DNA of 64,000 bases from the NCBI RefSeq assembly GCF_051903065.1, contig NZ_CP178438.1. One strand, 5' to 3'. The position numbers were made by a program, and so were the translations under genes. Origin of the DNA: Escherichia coli (GTDB taxonomy: Bacteria > Pseudomonadota > Gammaproteobacteria > Enterobacterales > Enterobacteriaceae). This document shows positions 48,613-61,512 of the stretch, piece by piece. The first letter of the stretch is position 1. Each line of letters starts with the position of its first letter. The notes beneath the pieces are model-generated. The model was not told the DNA's origin and made no database searches. It saw nothing but the letters and a program-made list of their open reading frames with translations.

Positions 48613-49806
48613 GTGTTTCAAAAAGTTGACGCCTACGCTGGCGACCCGATTCTTACGCTTATGGAGCGTTTTAAAGAAGACCCTCGCAGCGACAAAGTGA
48701 ATTTAAGTATCGGTCTGTACTACAACGAAGACGGAATTATTCCACAACTGAAAGCCGTGGCGGAGGCGGAAGCGCGCCTGAATGCGGTGCCTCATGGCGC
48801 TTCGCTTTATTTACCGATGGAAGGGCTTAACAGCTATCGCCATGCCATTGCGCCGCTGCTGTTTGGTGCCGACCATCCGGTACTGCAACAACAGCGCGTA
48901 GCAACCATTCAAACCCTTGGCGGCTCAGGGGCATTGAAAGTGGGCGCGGATTTCCTGAAACGCTACTTTCCGGAATCAGGCGTCTGGGTCAGCGATCCTA
49001 CCTGGGAAAACCACGTAGCAATATTCGCCGGGGCTGGATTCGAAGTGAGTACTTACCCCTGGTATGACGAAGCGACTAACGGCGTGCGCTTTAATGACCT
49101 GTTGGCGACGCTGAAAACATTACCTGCCCGCAGTATTGTGTTGCTGCATCCATGTTGCCACAACCCAACGGGTGCCGATCTCACTAATGACCAGTGGGAT
49201 GCGGTGATTGAAATTCTCAAAGCCCGCGAACTTATCCCATTCCTTGATATTGCCTATCAAGGATTTGGTGCCGGTATGGAAGAGGATGCCTACGCCATTC
49301 GCGCCATTGCCAGCGCTGGATTACCCGCTCTGGTGAGCAATTCGTTCTCGAAAATTTTCTCCCTTTACGGCGAGCGCGTTGGCGGACTTTCTGTTCTGTG
49401 TGAAGATGCCGAAGCTGCAGGCCGCGTACTGGGGCAATTGAAAGCAACAGTTCGCCGCAACTACTCCAGCCCGCCGAATTTTGGTGCGCAGGTGGTGGCT
49501 GCGGTGCTGAATGACGAGGCATTGAAAGCCAGCTGGCTGGCGGAAGTAGAAGAGATGCGTACTCGCATTCTGGCAATGCGTCAGGAACTGGTGAAGGTAT
49601 TGAGCACAGAGATGCCAGAACGCAATTTCGATTATCTGCTTAATCAGCGCGGCATGTTCAGTTATACAGGTTTAAGTGCCGCTCAGGTTGACCGACTACG
49701 TGAGGAGTTTGGTGTTTATCTCATCGCCAGCGGTCGCATGTGTGTCGCCGGGTTAAATACGGCAAATGTACAACGTGTGGCAAAGGCGTTTGCTGCGGTG
49801 ATGTAA
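48613..49806 (+). CDS. tyrB: aromatic amino acid aminotransferase
   Basis: GTG start giving [16 protein letters not shown]..; class-I aminotransferase; track began at an upstream TTG. Confidence 0.9.
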   Translation: MFQKVDAYAGDPILTLMERFKEDPRSDKVNLSIGLYYNEDGIIPQLKAVAEAEARLNAVPHGASLYLPMEGLNSYRHAIAPLLFGADHPVLQQQRVATIQTLGGSGALKVGADFLKRYFPESGVWVSDPTWENHVAIFAGAGFEVSTYPWYDEATNGVRFNDLLATLKTLPARSIVLLHPCCHNPTGADLTNDQWDAVIEILKARELIPFLDIAYQGFGAGMEEDAYAIRAIASAGLPALVSNSFSKIFSLYGERVGGLSVLCEDAEAAGRVLGQLKATVRRNYSSPPNFGAQVVAAVLNDEALKASWLAEVEEMRTRILAMRQELVKVLSTEMPERNFDYLLNQRGMFSYTGLSAAQVDRLREEFGVYLIASGRMCVAGLNTANVQRVAKAFAAVM

Positions 49807-49807
49807 T

Positions 49808-49842
49808 GCAGGAAAGCAGGCTGGAGTTACCCAGCCTGCAGT
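49808..49842 (+). terminator. rho-independent terminator after tyrB
   Basis: GCAGGCTGG-agttac-CCAGCCTGC hairpin. Confidence 0.6.
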
Positions 49843-50027
49843 GAAATTAAACTGTCGTCGCTTTCACTCTTTCTTTATAGATGATTTTTTTGATGCCATC
49901 GTTCTACGTAAGAGATAATAAACGTTATTAGTTCTTTTATTGTTAAGCTTATCCCAATTATCTGGAATTCCTTATCCTGTTTTTTTGTGTGGAGTAATAA
50001 TTTCTGCACATCTAACCATTATTAAAT

Positions 50028-50570
50028 TTAATAATAAGTGCCGGGTTTGTTACGATAGAATTTTTCTATATCCTCAAGAATATGCTTTGCCTTATTGCCT
50101 GTGACTTTCTGAGATTCAATTATAGTATCGTTAAATTCTAAAGTTAAAGAGAACTCTTTTTTTCCGCTTTGTGTAAGTTTAACCTTATATTGATTACCAA
50201 TATCAAATAAAAAGGTCCTGTAATGAGAATAATCACCTTTAACCTCCTCGGCAAAACAGCAAAGCGTGCAAATATACATAAAATCTTTCTTACCCCTGAT
50301 TTTGTTAACTAAATCAATAAATGCGTGAAAAACTGTACTTGCAATAGAACTTGATGCTTCTTCTCCAGGTCTACAAAAATCTTTTGCAATTTTTAACTGT
50401 GTTTCTATATATAAAAAGAGATCTTTGGCATAAGAGAAATCTTTGGCATAAGAGATATCTTTGTTATTTAGTGTATCTAGCTCTACAGGTAAAGATGTCG
50501 TTTTGTTGCTATTCACATATGATATATTCATGTCATCATCTCCTTCGGGAGTAATAAAATTAGTCACCAT
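50028..50570 (-). CDS. AT-rich hypothetical protein (yjbS locus) with an 18-nt tandem duplication
   Basis: 180-aa ORF in a low-GC island between tyrB and aphA; tandem repeat at 50421-50456 encodes DISYAKDFSYAKD; start codon uncertain. Confidence 0.45.
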   Translation of the reverse strand: MVTNFITPEGDDDMNISYVNSNKTTSLPVELDTLNNKDISYAKDFSYAKDLFLYIETQLKIAKDFCRPGEEASSSIASTVFHAFIDLVNKIRGKKDFMYICTLCCFAEEVKGDYSHYRTFLFDIGNQYKVKLTQSGKKEFSLTLEFNDTIIESQKVTGNKAKHILEDIEKFYRNKPGTYY

Positions 50571-50669
50571 TGTAGGGTAGGGTTCTGGTCAATCAGAAAT
50601 CATCTTTATAAAAATGTTATTTTATAAACTTCGATTGTTTTTGTAATGCTGTATCATTAAGTTCATTAA

Positions 50670-51662
<993 letters not shown>

Positions 51663-51663
51663 C

Positions 51664-51705
51664 AGAGCGGGAGAGCGTGACACTCTCCCGAATGCTGTTT
51701 TTTTA
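51664..51705 (+). terminator. rho-independent terminator after aphA
   Basis: GGGAGAGCGTG-aca-CTCTCCCG hairpin followed by a T-run. Confidence 0.65.
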
Positions 51706-51772
51706 ATCACACCTTTATCCTTTCGCTGTCTTGCTGCAAACTGATTAAGAGAGTTTTATCAAGGAGCAGCAC

Positions 51773-52189
51773 ATGTGGTATCAAAAGACGCTCACGCTTA
51801 GCGCCAAATCTCGTGGGTTTCATCTGGTAACGGATGAAATTCTGAATCAGCTGGCTGATATGCCGCGCGTTAACATCGGCTTACTGCATCTGTTGCTGCA
51901 ACATACCTCCGCCTCTCTGACACTTAATGAGAACTGCGATCCCACCGTACGCCACGACATGGAGCGTTTTTTCCTCCGCACCGTTCCCGATAATGGAAAC
52001 TATGAGCATGACTATGAGGGAGCAGACGATATGCCTTCTCATATCAAATCCTCAATGCTGGGAACATCGCTTGTATTGCCGGTGCATAAAGGGCGTATTC
52101 AGACCGGCACCTGGCAAGGCATTTGGCTGGGGGAACATCGCATCCACGGCGGATCGCGTCGCATCATCGCGACACTACAAGGGGAGTAA
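51773..52189 (+). CDS. yjbQ: UPF0047 protein YjbQ
   Basis: 138 aa; conserved gene order. Confidence 0.8.
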
Positions 52190-52192
52190 AAA

Positions 52193-52549
52193 ATGACCAT
52201 TTCGGAGTTGCTACAATATTGCATGGCAAAACCAGGCGCAGAACAGAGCGTGCATAACGACTGGAAAGCGACGCAGATCAAAGTGGAAGATGTACTGTTT
52301 GCGATGGTGAAAGAAGTAGAAAATCGCCCAGCTGTTTCGCTGAAAACCAGCCCGGAGCTGGCGGAGCTGCTACGTCAGCAGCACAGCGATGTGCGTCCAA
52401 GCCGCCATCTGAATAAAGCGCACTGGAGCACCGTGTATCTCGACGGTTCGCTGCCGGATTCGCAAATCTATTATCTGGTGGATGCGTCTTATCAGCAGGC
52501 GGTGAATTTACTGCCGGAAGAAAAACGTAAATTGCTGGTGCAACTCTGA
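52193..52549 (+). CDS. yjbR: YjbR-family protein
   Basis: 118 aa; conserved gene order. Confidence 0.8.
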   Translation: MTISELLQYCMAKPGAEQSVHNDWKATQIKVEDVLFAMVKEVENRPAVSLKTSPELAELLRQQHSDVRPSRHLNKAHWSTVYLDGSLPDSQIYYLVDASYQQAVNLLPEEKRKLLVQL

Positions 52550-52555
52550 AAGGAA

Positions 52556-52582
52556 AAGGCCGCTCAGAAAGCGGCCTTAACG
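52556..52582. terminator. bidirectional terminator between yjbR and uvrA
   Basis: AAGGCCGCT-cagaa-AGCGGCCTT hairpin. Confidence 0.7.
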
Positions 52583-52583
52583 A

Positions 52584-55406
52584 TTACAGCATCGGCTTAA
52601 GGAAGCGTGCCGTGTGTGATGCTTCGCACTCCGCGACGGTTTCTGGTGTACCGGAGACGAGGATCTCGCCGCCGCCACTGCCGCCTTCCGGACCCAGGTC
52701 GACAATCCAGTCAGCGGTTTTGATCACGTCGAGATTGTGCTCAATCACCACGATGGTATTGCCCTGATCGCGCAGTTTATGCAGTACGTCGAGCAGTTGC
52801 TGAATATCGGCGAAGTGCAAACCGGTGGTCGGCTCGTCGAGAATATACAGCGTCTGCCCGGTGCCGCGTTTTGACAGCTCACGCGCCAGCTTCACGCGCT
52901 GGGCTTCACCACCAGAAAGTGTGGTTGCGGACTGCCCCAGGCGAATGTACGTCAGACCAACGTCCATCAACGTTTGCAGCTTACGCGCCAGAGCTGGCAC
53001 CGCATCAAAGAACTCACGCGCCTCTTCGATGGTCATATCCAGCACTTCGTGGATGGTTTTGCCTTTGTACTTAATCTCCAGCGTTTCACGGTTATAGCGT
53101 TTACCTTTGCACTGGTCGCACGGCACGTAGATATCCGGCAGGAAGTGCATCTCCACTTTGATCACGCCATCGCCCTGACAGGCCTCGCAGCGTCCGCCAC
53201 GGACGTTAAAGCTGAAACGTCCCGGCGTATAGCCACGCGCACGGGATTCCGGTACGCCCGCAAACAGTTCGCGCACAGGAGTAAACACGCCGGTATAGGT
53301 CGCCGGGTTAGAACGCGGAGTACGACCAATTGGGCTTTGGTCGATATCGATCACTTTATCGAAATGCTCCAGTCCCTGAATATCGCGATACGGTGCCGGT
53401 TCGGCGATGGTCGCACCATTCAACTGGCGTTGGGCAATCGGGAACAGTGTGTCGTTAATCAGTGTCGATTTACCGGAACCTGAAACCCCTGTGATGCAGG
53501 TAAACAGACCGACTGGCAGCGTTAGCGTCACGTCTTTCAGGTTATTACCGCGTGCACCAGTCAGCTTCAGCACTTTTTCCGGATTCGCCGGAACGCGTTT
53601 CTTCGGCACTTCAATCTTGCGTTTACCGCTCATGTACTGCCCGGTCAACGACTCCGGCACCGCCATAATCGCTTCCAGCGGACCTTCCGCGACCACTTCA
53701 CCGCCATGTACACCTGCACCAGGACCGATATCGATCACATGATCAGCGGCGCGAATCGCATCTTCGTCGTGCTCCACCACAATCACGGTATTACCGAGAT
53801 CGCGCAGATGGATAAGTGTACCCAACAGGCGCTCGTTATCGCGCTGGTGCAGGCCGATAGACGGCTCGTCCAGCACGTACATAACGCCAACCAGGCCCGC
53901 ACCAATCTGGCTCGCCAGACGGATACGCTGGGCTTCACCGCCGGAAAGCGTTTCTGCCGAGCGGGAAAGCGTCAGGTAATTCAGGCCGACGTTAACGAGG
54001 AATTTCAAACGATCGCCGATCTCTTTAAGAATTTTTTCCGCAATCTTCGCCCGCTGACCTGCGAGTTTGAGATTGTTGAAGAATTCCATCGCATGACCAA
54101 TGCTCATGTCGGAGATGGCGGGCAGCGGCGTATTCTCGACATACACGTGGCGCGCTTCCCGACGCAGACGCGTCCCTTCGCAGCTGGCACACGGACGATT
54201 ACTGATAAACTTGGCTAATTCTTCGCGTACCGCGCTGGACTCCGTCTCTTTATAACGGCGCTCCATATTGTGCAGCACGCCTTCGAACGGATGACGACGA
54301 ATGGAGGTATCGCCACGATCGTTCATGTATTTGAATTCAATGTTTTCTTTGCCAGAACCGTACAACACCACTTTATGCACGTTCGCGCTCAGGCTGCCCC
54401 ACGGCGCTTCGACGTCGAACTTATAGTGATCTGCCAGCGATTTCAGCATCTGGAAATAATAGAAGTTGCGGCGATCCCAGCCACGGATCGCACCACCTGC
54501 CAGCGACAGTTCCGGATTCTGGATCACGCGGTCAGGATCGAAATATTGCTGTACGCCAAGGCCGTCGCAGGTTGGGCAGGCCCCCGCCGGGTTGTTAAAT
54601 GAGAACAGGCGCGGTTCCAGTTCGCGCATACTGTAGCCGCAAATTGGGCAGGCGAAGTTGGCGGAGAACAGCAGCTCTTCTGCTTTCGGGTCGTCCATAT
54701 CCGCCACTACCGCGGTACCACCGGAAAGCTCCAGCGCGGTTTCAAACGACTCGGCCAGACGTTGGGTAAGATCGTCACGCACCTTGAAGCGATCAACCAC
54801 CACTTCAATAGTGTGTTTCTTTTGCAGTTCCAGTTTCGGCGGATCGGAAAGATCGCAGACTTCGCCATCAATACGAGCACGGATGTAACCCTGGCTTGCC
54901 AGGTTCTCCAGCGTTTTGGTGTGTTCGCCTTTGCGCTCTTTAATGATTGGTGCGAGCAGCATCAGACGCTTGCCTTCCGGCTGCGACAGCACGTTATCCA
55001 CCATCTGGCTGACGGTTTGCGCCGCCAGCGGGACGTCGTGGTCCGGACAGCGCGGCTCGCCAACGCGGGCGAACAACAAACGCAAATAGTCGTGGATTTC
55101 GGTGATTGTCCCCACCGTAGAACGCGGGTTATGAGACGTCGATTTCTGCTCAATTGAGATGGCAGGAGAAAGCCCCTCAATATGATCGACGTCCGGCTTT
55201 TCCATCAGTGACAGAAACTGCCGCGCGTAGGCGGAAAGGGATTCAACGTAACGGCGCTGCCCTTCGGCATATAAGGTGTCGAAAGCGAGCGAGGATTTGC
55301 CAGAACCCGAAAGCCCGGTCACGACAATGAGCTTGTCGCGGGGGATAACGAGGTTGATGTTTTTGAGATTATGGGTGCGGGCGCCCCGAACTTCGATCTT
55401 ATCCAT
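52584..55406 (-). CDS. uvrA: excinuclease ABC subunit A
   Basis: 940 aa; two ABC ATPase modules ([10 protein letters not shown].., [10 protein letters not shown]..) and zinc-finger Cys clusters. Confidence 0.97.
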   Translation of the reverse strand: MDKIEVRGARTHNLKNINLVIPRDKLIVVTGLSGSGKSSLAFDTLYAEGQRRYVESLSAYARQFLSLMEKPDVDHIEGLSPAISIEQKSTSHNPRSTVGTITEIHDYLRLLFARVGEPRCPDHDVPLAAQTVSQMVDNVLSQPEGKRLMLLAPIIKERKGEHTKTLENLASQGYIRARIDGEVCDLSDPPKLELQKKHTIEVVVDRFKVRDDLTQRLAESFETALELSGGTAVVADMDDPKAEELLFSANFACPICGYSMRELEPRLFSFNNPAGACPTCDGLGVQQYFDPDRVIQNPELSLAGGAIRGWDRRNFYYFQMLKSLADHYKFDVEAPWGSLSANVHKVVLYGSGKENIEFKYMNDRGDTSIRRHPFEGVLHNMERRYKETESSAVREELAKFISNRPCASCEGTRLRREARHVYVENTPLPAISDMSIGHAMEFFNNLKLAGQRAKIAEKILKEIGDRLKFLVNVGLNYLTLSRSAETLSGGEAQRIRLASQIGAGLVGVMYVLDEPSIGLHQRDNERLLGTLIHLRDLGNTVIVVEHDEDAIRAADHVIDIGPGAGVHGGEVVAEGPLEAIMAVPESLTGQYMSGKRKIEVPKKRVPANPEKVLKLTGARGNNLKDVTLTLPVGLFTCITGVSGSGKSTLINDTLFPIAQRQLNGATIAEPAPYRDIQGLEHFDKVIDIDQSPIGRTPRSNPATYTGVFTPVRELFAGVPESRARGYTPGRFSFNVRGGRCEACQGDGVIKVEMHFLPDIYVPCDQCKGKRYNRETLEIKYKGKTIHEVLDMTIEEAREFFDAVPALARKLQTLMDVGLTYIRLGQSATTLSGGEAQRVKLARELSKRGTGQTLYILDEPTTGLHFADIQQLLDVLHKLRDQGNTIVVIEHNLDVIKTADWIVDLGPEGGSGGGEILVSGTPETVAECEASHTARFLKPML

Positions 55407-55489
55407 TCACCTTTCCCGGATTAAACGCTTTTTTGCCCGGTGGCATGGTGCTACCGGCGATCACAAACGGTTAATTATGACACAAATTG

Positions 55490-55509
55490 ACCTGAATGAA
55501 TATACAGTA
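55490..55509. promoter_or_regulatory. LexA (SOS) box in the divergent uvrA/ssb promoter region
   Basis: On the uvrA strand TACTGTATATTCATTCAGGT (CTGT-N8-TCAG). Confidence 0.8.
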
Positions 55510-55659
55510 TTGGAATGCATTACCCGGAGTGTTGTGTAACAATGTCTGGCCAGGTTTGTTTCCCGGAACCGAGGTCACAACATAGTAAAAGCGCTATTGG
55601 TAATGGTACAATCGCGCGTTTACACTTATTCAGAACGATTTTTTTCAGGAGACACGAAC

Positions 55660-56196
55660 ATGGCCAGCAGAGGCGTAAACAAGGTTATTCTCGTTGGTAA
55701 TCTGGGTCAGGACCCGGAAGTACGCTACATGCCAAATGGTGGCGCAGTTGCCAACATTACGCTGGCTACTTCCGAATCCTGGCGTGATAAAGCGACCGGC
55801 GAGATGAAAGAGCAGACTGAATGGCACCGCGTTGTGCTGTTCGGCAAACTGGCAGAAGTAGCCAGCGAATATCTGCGTAAAGGTTCTCAGGTTTATATCG
55901 AAGGTCAGCTGCGTACCCGCAAATGGACCGATCAATCCGGTCAGGATCGCTACACCACAGAAGTCGTGGTGAACGTTGGCGGCACTATGCAGATGCTGGG
56001 TGGTCGTCAGGGTGGTGGCGCTCCTGCAGGTGGCAATATCGGTGGTGGTCAGCCGCAGGGCGGTTGGGGTCAGCCTCAGCAGCCGCAGGGTGGCAATCAG
56101 TTCAGCGGCGGCGCGCAGTCTCGCCCGCAGCAGTCCGCTCCGGCAGCGCCGTCAAATGAGCCGCCGATGGACTTTGATGACGATATTCCGTTCTGA
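55660..56196 (+). CDS. ssb: single-stranded DNA-binding protein
   Basis: 178 aa from [28 protein letters not shown].. with Gly/Gln-rich tail ending DDDIPF; track ORF over-extended. Confidence 0.95.
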   Translation: MASRGVNKVILVGNLGQDPEVRYMPNGGAVANITLATSESWRDKATGEMKEQTEWHRVVLFGKLAEVASEYLRKGSQVYIEGQLRTRKWTDQSGQDRYTTEVVVNVGGTMQMLGGRQGGGAPAGGNIGGGQPQGGWGQPQQPQGGNQFSGGAQSRPQQSAPAAPSNEPPMDFDDDIPF

Positions 56197-56261
56197 TTTG
56201 TCATTAAAACAATAGGTTATATTGTTTTAAGGTGGATGATTAAAGCATCTGCCAGCCATAA

Positions 56262-56292
56262 AAAAGAAGCCTCCGTTATGGAGGCTTCTACG
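56262..56292. terminator. bidirectional terminator between ssb and yjcB
   Basis: AGAAGCCTCC-gttat-GGAGGCTTCT hairpin flanked by A/T runs. Confidence 0.7.
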
Positions 56293-56294
56293 TA

Positions 56295-56576
56295 TCAGGT
56301 CAAAATCATTGGCCATTGTGGCGGTGTCTGATTCATCTCTTCTATCATCACCGACTCGATGTTGTGCCAGATGGCGGTGATATCTGCCATTGTGATGCCA
56401 AGCAACCCCATTGCGAACCAACAGGCGGAAACTACGCCCAGACCGCTGCTGATCACTGCAAGCCCGATATAATCAGACCGACGAAAACGGATGTTGAGTG
56501 TACTGGCCAGAAACATCATTACGGCACTAAGAAGTTGCCAGCGAAGAAGAACCACGCCAGTGGTGAGGGTAGCCAT
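56295..56576 (-). CDS. yjcB: small inner-membrane protein YjcB
   Basis: 93 aa from MATLTTGVVLLRWQLLSAVMMFLAS..; track ORF over-extended upstream. Confidence 0.7.
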   Translation of the reverse strand: MATLTTGVVLLRWQLLSAVMMFLASTLNIRFRRSDYIGLAVISSGLGVVSACWFAMGLLGITMADITAIWHNIESVMIEEMNQTPPQWPMILT

Positions 56577-57004
56577 CAAACAATTCCTCTGAAAAGAGCC
56601 GATGCCCTGGACAGCGCGGCGTTGTTCACGGGAGGCGTGGTACACTCTGGCTATCGCGGGGCTTGCAGAACACAAAAATGAAACACTCTGTTTGTTTCAT
56701 TAATTTTGTGAACTATATCACAATTGATTGTTTGTTAGCCAGATTAGGCCGTGACTTTTATTGCTGTACAGATTATGTGGTTTTTCAGTGGTATTAAGGG
56801 CATATCTTCCCGCCGCCTCTGCATTCCTGTAGAAAATTAATTTTGAATATCAATGAATTATTTTCATCCAGGTGACGATTAGAAAGGTATCAATTTCAAA
56901 TCAGGCAAAAGTGCTATTTATACCGTAAGATTTATCTAAAGACGTCGGTAGCCAGGGTTTCACCTTGCAATGGCCGGGTATAAACAGGCAGGAAATTGAT
57001 AGCA

Positions 57005-58591
57005 ATGAGTCATCGTGCACGACACCAATTACTGGCGTTGCCGGGCATTATCTTTTTAGTTCTCTTTCCCATCATTCTTTCGCTATGGATTGCCTTCCTT
57101 TGGGCAAAATCAGAAGTGAATAATCAGCTACGAACCTTTGCTCAGCTGGCGCTGGATAAATCTGAGCTGGTCATTCGTCAGGCAGATTTAGTGAGCGATG
57201 CAGCAGAACGCTATCAGGGGCAAGTTTGCTCTCCAGCCCATCAAAAGCGAATGTTAAATATTATTCGTGGCTATCTTTATATTAATGAATTGATCTATGC
57301 CCGTGATAACCATTTTTTATGCTCATCGCTGATAGCGCCTGTAAACGGCTATACGATTGCACCGGCCGATTATAAGCGTGACCCTAACGTTTCTATCTAT
57401 TATTACCGCGATACGCCTTTTTTCTCTGGCTATAAAATGACCTATATGCAGCGGGGAAATTATGTGGCGGTTATCAACCCTCTCTTCTGGAGTGAAGTGA
57501 TGTCTGATGACCCGACATTGCAATGGGGTGTGTATGATACGGTGACGAAAACCTTTTTCTCGTTAAGCAACGAGGCCTCGGCAGCAACGTTTTCTCCGCT
57601 GATTCATTTGAAGGATTTAACCGTACAAAGAAATGGCTATTTATATGCGACAGTTTATTCGACAAAACGCCCAATTGCAGCCATTGTTGCGACTTCATAT
57701 CAACGTCTTATAGCCCATTTTTATAATCATCTTATTTTTGCGTTACCCGCCGGTATTTTGGGGAGTCTTGTTCTGCTATTACTCTGGCTACGTATTCGAC
57801 AAAACTATTTGTCTCCCAAACGCAAATTGCAACGCGCCCTAGAAAAACATCAACTTTGTCTTTATTACCAGCCAATAATCGATATCAAAACAGAAAAATG
57901 TATCGGTGCTGAAGCGTTATTACGTTGGCCTGGTGAGCAGGGGCAAGTTATGAATCCGGCAGAGTTTATTCCGTTGGCAGAAAAGGAGGGGATGATCGAA
58001 CAGGTAACTGATTATGTTATTGATAATGTCTTCCGCGATCTGGGTGCGTACCTGGCAACACATGCCGATCGCTATGTTTCTATTAACCTGTCGGCCTCCG
58101 ATTTTCATACGTCACGGTTGATAGCGCGAACCAATCAGAAAACAGAGCAATACGCGGTGCGTCCACAGCAAATTAAATTTGAAGTGACTGAACATGCATT
58201 TCTTGATGTCGACAAAATGACGCCGATTATTCTGGCTTTCCGCCAGGCCGGTTACGAAGTGGCAATTGATGATTTTGGTATTGGCTACTCTAACTTGCAT
58301 AAACTTAAATCATTGAATGTCGATATTTTGAAAATCGACAAATCGTTTGTTGAGACGCTGACCACCCATAAAACCAGTCATTTGATTGCTGAACATATCA
58401 TCGAGCTGGCGCACAGCCTGGGGTTAAAAACGATCGCTGAAGGCGTCGAAACTGAGGAGCAGGTTAACTGGCTGCGCAAACGCGGTGTGCGCTATTGCCA
58501 GGGATGGTTCTTTGCGAAGGCGATGCCGCCGCAGGTGTTTATGCAATGGATGGAGCAATTACCCGCGCGGGAGTTAACGCGCGGGCAATAA
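57005..58591 (+). CDS. pdeC: c-di-GMP phosphodiesterase (CSS-motif sensor + EAL domain)
   Basis: 528 aa from MSHRARHQ..; TM segments flanking a periplasmic domain; C-terminal EAL domain (..[20 protein letters not shown]..). Confidence 0.85.
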
Positions 58592-58593
58592 AA

Positions 58594-58917
58594 CTACAGG
58601 CGGTGGCGATAATCGCTGGGAGTGCGATCAAACTGCCGACGGAAAACGCGGGAGAAGGTCTGCTGCGAGACATAACCCAGGTCCATTGCGATATCAAAAA
58701 TCGGACGCTCGGTGGTGCGCAACTCAACGGCGGCCAGTAACAGGCGGCGTTGGCGAATGTAATCGCCAAGCGTCTGATGCGTCACCGTGCGGAACATCCG
58801 TTGCAAGTACCACTTTGAATAGCCTGATTTTTTTGCGACGACATCAATGTTAAGCGGCTGGTCAATATGTTCGTCAATCCATGCGATAAGATCCTGAATA
58901 ATTTTCTGATGGGACAT
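58594..58917 (-). CDS. soxS: AraC-family superoxide-response activator SoxS
   Basis: 107 aa MSHQKIIQDLIAWIDEHIDQPLNIDVVAKKSGYSKWYLQRMFR.. Confidence 0.95.
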   Translation of the reverse strand: MSHQKIIQDLIAWIDEHIDQPLNIDVVAKKSGYSKWYLQRMFRTVTHQTLGDYIRQRRLLLAAVELRTTERPIFDIAMDLGYVSQQTFSRVFRRQFDRTPSDYRHRL

Positions 58918-58973
58918 AAATCTGCCTCTTTTCAGTGTTCAGTTCGTTAATTCATCTGTTGGGGAGTATAATT

Positions 58974-58991
58974 CCTCAAGTTAACTTGAGG
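58974..58991. promoter_or_regulatory. SoxR-binding palindrome in the soxS promoter
   Basis: CCTCAAGTTAACTTGAGG perfect palindrome between divergent soxS and soxR. Confidence 0.85.
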
Positions 58992-59002
58992 TAAAGCGAT
59001 TT

Positions 59003-59467
59003 ATGGAAAAGAAATTACCCCGCATTAAAGCGCTGCTAACCCCCGGCGAAGTGGCGAAACGCAGCGGTGTGGCGGTATCGGCGCTGCATTTCTATGAAAG
59101 CAAAGGGTTGATTACCAGTGTCCGTAATAGCGGCAATCAGCGCCGATATAAACGTGATGTGTTGCGATATGTCGCAATTATCAAAATTGCTCAGCGTATT
59201 GGCATTCCGCTGGCGACCATTGGTGAAGCGTTTGGCGTGTTGCCCGAAGGGCATACGTTAAGTGCGAAAGAGTGGAAACAGCTTTCGTCCCAATGGCGAG
59301 AAGAGTTGGATCGGCGCATTCATACCTTAGTGGCGCTGCGTGACGAACTGGATGGATGTATTGGTTGTGGCTGCCTTTCGCGCAGTGATTGCCCGTTGCG
59401 TAACCCGGGCGACCGCTTAGGAGAAGAAGGTACCGGCGCACGCTTACTGGAAGATGAACAAAACTAA
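59003..59467 (+). CDS. soxR: MerR-family redox sensor SoxR
   Basis: 154 aa; HTH N-terminus and C-terminal [12 protein letters not shown] [2Fe-2S] motif. Confidence 0.95.
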   Translation: MEKKLPRIKALLTPGEVAKRSGVAVSALHFYESKGLITSVRNSGNQRRYKRDVLRYVAIIKIAQRIGIPLATIGEAFGVLPEGHTLSAKEWKQLSSQWREELDRRIHTLVALRDELDGCIGCGCLSRSDCPLRNPGDRLGEEGTGARLLEDEQN

Positions 59468-59495
59468 AGCGCCACAAGGGCGCTTTAGTTTGTTT
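59465..59495 (+). terminator. rho-independent terminator after soxR
   Basis: AAAGCGCC-acaag-GGCGCTTT followed by a T-rich run. Confidence 0.65.
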
Positions 59496-60012
59496 TCCGG
59501 TCTTTGTCTTTCTCTCTATCCCGCTGGTACACAGGAGGGTTTCCCCCGACGTCAACACACCTCATTCGAGCACGTGGTGGAGGTTCCGGTTGGTGTTGAT
59601 GCTTTAATTGTATGTCACCGGCGTTTCTTCGCCAGTGTAAAAGTATACTTTTTAGCCGCAATATTTTTGTCATCTCAGACGATTTTTTATCGCAATCCAG
59701 AACGGTGTACGGCTCGATAACGCTGCAATCTTGCGCATCGACGATAACGTTTGCGCATCAATTGCCTGGTTTTTCATCGTCAAGACAATAAAAGAGAAAA
59801 AAGCAGCAAACTTCGGTTGAAAAAGCCGCTATGATCGCCGGATAATCGTTTGCTTTTTTTACCACCCGTTTTGTATGCGCGGAGCTAAACGTTTGCTTTT
59901 TTGCGACGCACCAAATTGTCGCAAACCTGGAGCAGGAAGATAACGTTTCGCTGGCAGGGGATTGTCCGCCACGCATCTTGACGAAAATTAAACTCTCAGG
60001 GGATGTTTTCTT

Positions 60013-61362
60013 ATGTCTACGCCATCAGCGCGTACCGGCGGTTCACTCGACGCCTGGTTTAAAATTTCACAACGTGGAAGCACTGTCCGTCAGGAAGTGG
60101 TTGCCGGGTTAACAACGTTTCTGGCGATGGTCTACTCGGTTATCGTCGTTCCAGGCATGTTGGGTAAAGCGGGCTTCCCGCCTGCGGCAGTTTTCGTTGC
60201 AACCTGTCTGGTTGCCGGACTCGGTTCTATCGTGATGGGTCTGTGGGCTAATCTGCCGTTGGCGATTGGTTGCGCCATCTCCCTGACGGCGTTTACCGCA
60301 TTCAGCCTGGTGCTGGGGCAACATATTAGCGTACCTGTCGCGCTGGGTGCCGTGTTCCTGATGGGTGTGCTGTTTACGGTAATCTCTGCCACGGGTATCC
60401 GTAGCTGGATTTTGCGCAACTTGCCGCACGGTGTGGCGCACGGCACGGGGATCGGTATCGGTCTGTTCCTGCTGCTCATTGCCGCTAACGGTGTCGGTCT
60501 GGTGATTAAAAACCCGCTTGATGGTCTGCCCGTTGCGCTGGGTGATTTCGCGACCTTCCCGGTGATTATGTCACTGGTAGGTCTGGCGGTGATCATCGGC
60601 CTGGAAAAACTGAAAGTCCCTGGTGGCATTCTGCTGACCATTATCGGTATCTCAATTGTCGGTTTGATCTTCGATCCTAACGTCCATTTCTCCGGCGTTT
60701 TCGCCATGCCTTCATTGAGCGATGAAAACGGCAATTCACTGATTGGCAGCCTGGACATTATGGGCGCGCTGAATCCTGTAGTCCTGCCAAGCGTTCTGGC
60801 GCTGGTGATGACGGCAGTATTTGATGCCACCGGAACTATCCGTGCCGTCGCCGGCCAGGCGAACCTGCTGGATAAAGATGGGCAAATTATCGACGGCGGG
60901 AAGGCACTGACCACTGACTCCATGAGCAGCGTTTTCTCTGGCCTGGTGGGTGCGGCTCCGGCAGCGGTATACATCGAGTCTGCGGCGGGTACGGCGGCGG
61001 GCGGTAAAACCGGTTTGACGGCTATCACCGTTGGCGTGCTGTTCCTGCTGATTCTGTTCCTCTCTCCGCTTTCTTACCTCGTTCCGGGGTATGCAACGGC
61101 TCCGGCGCTGATGTACGTTGGCCTGCTGATGCTGAGCAACGTGGCGAAAATCGACTTTGCTGATTTTGTTGATGCGATGGCGGGTCTGGTTACGGCGGTA
61201 TTCATCGTGCTGACCTGTAACATCGTAACAGGCATCATGATCGGCTTCGCGACTCTGGTGATTGGTCGTCTGGTTTCCGGTGAATGGCGCAAGTTGAACA
61301 TCGGTACGGTCGTTATCGCCGTGGCGCTGGTGACCTTCTATGCGGGTGGCTGGGCTATCTAA
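60013..61362 (+). CDS. ghxP: purine (guanine/hypoxanthine) permease, NCS2/AzgA family
   Basis: 449 aa polytopic membrane protein; conserved position after soxR. Confidence 0.85.
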
Positions 61363-61377
61363 TCTTTCATCGGATTC

Positions 61378-61412
61378 TGAAAACGGGTGGCAATGGCTGC
61401 CCGTTTTTATTT
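61378..61412 (+). terminator. rho-independent terminator after ghxP
   Basis: AAAACGGGTGGC-aat-GGCTGCCCGTTTTT. Confidence 0.6.
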
Positions 61413-61512
61413 TCTCCGCACATTGTGTGAGCTTTTGCGATATTCTGAAAAAATGAGAATTCAGGCATAACGTCTTTCTCAGATCATAAAAAACATCGCA
61501 AACAGGGAACGC

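Noticed and set aside
59758-59976. 72-aa minus-strand ORF in the soxR-ghxP intergenic region
   Set aside because: Low-complexity translation and no RBS; the region is more likely the ghxP promoter/leader (it contains two direct CGTTTGCTTTTTT repeats) and possibly a small RNA, which I cannot support from sequence alone.
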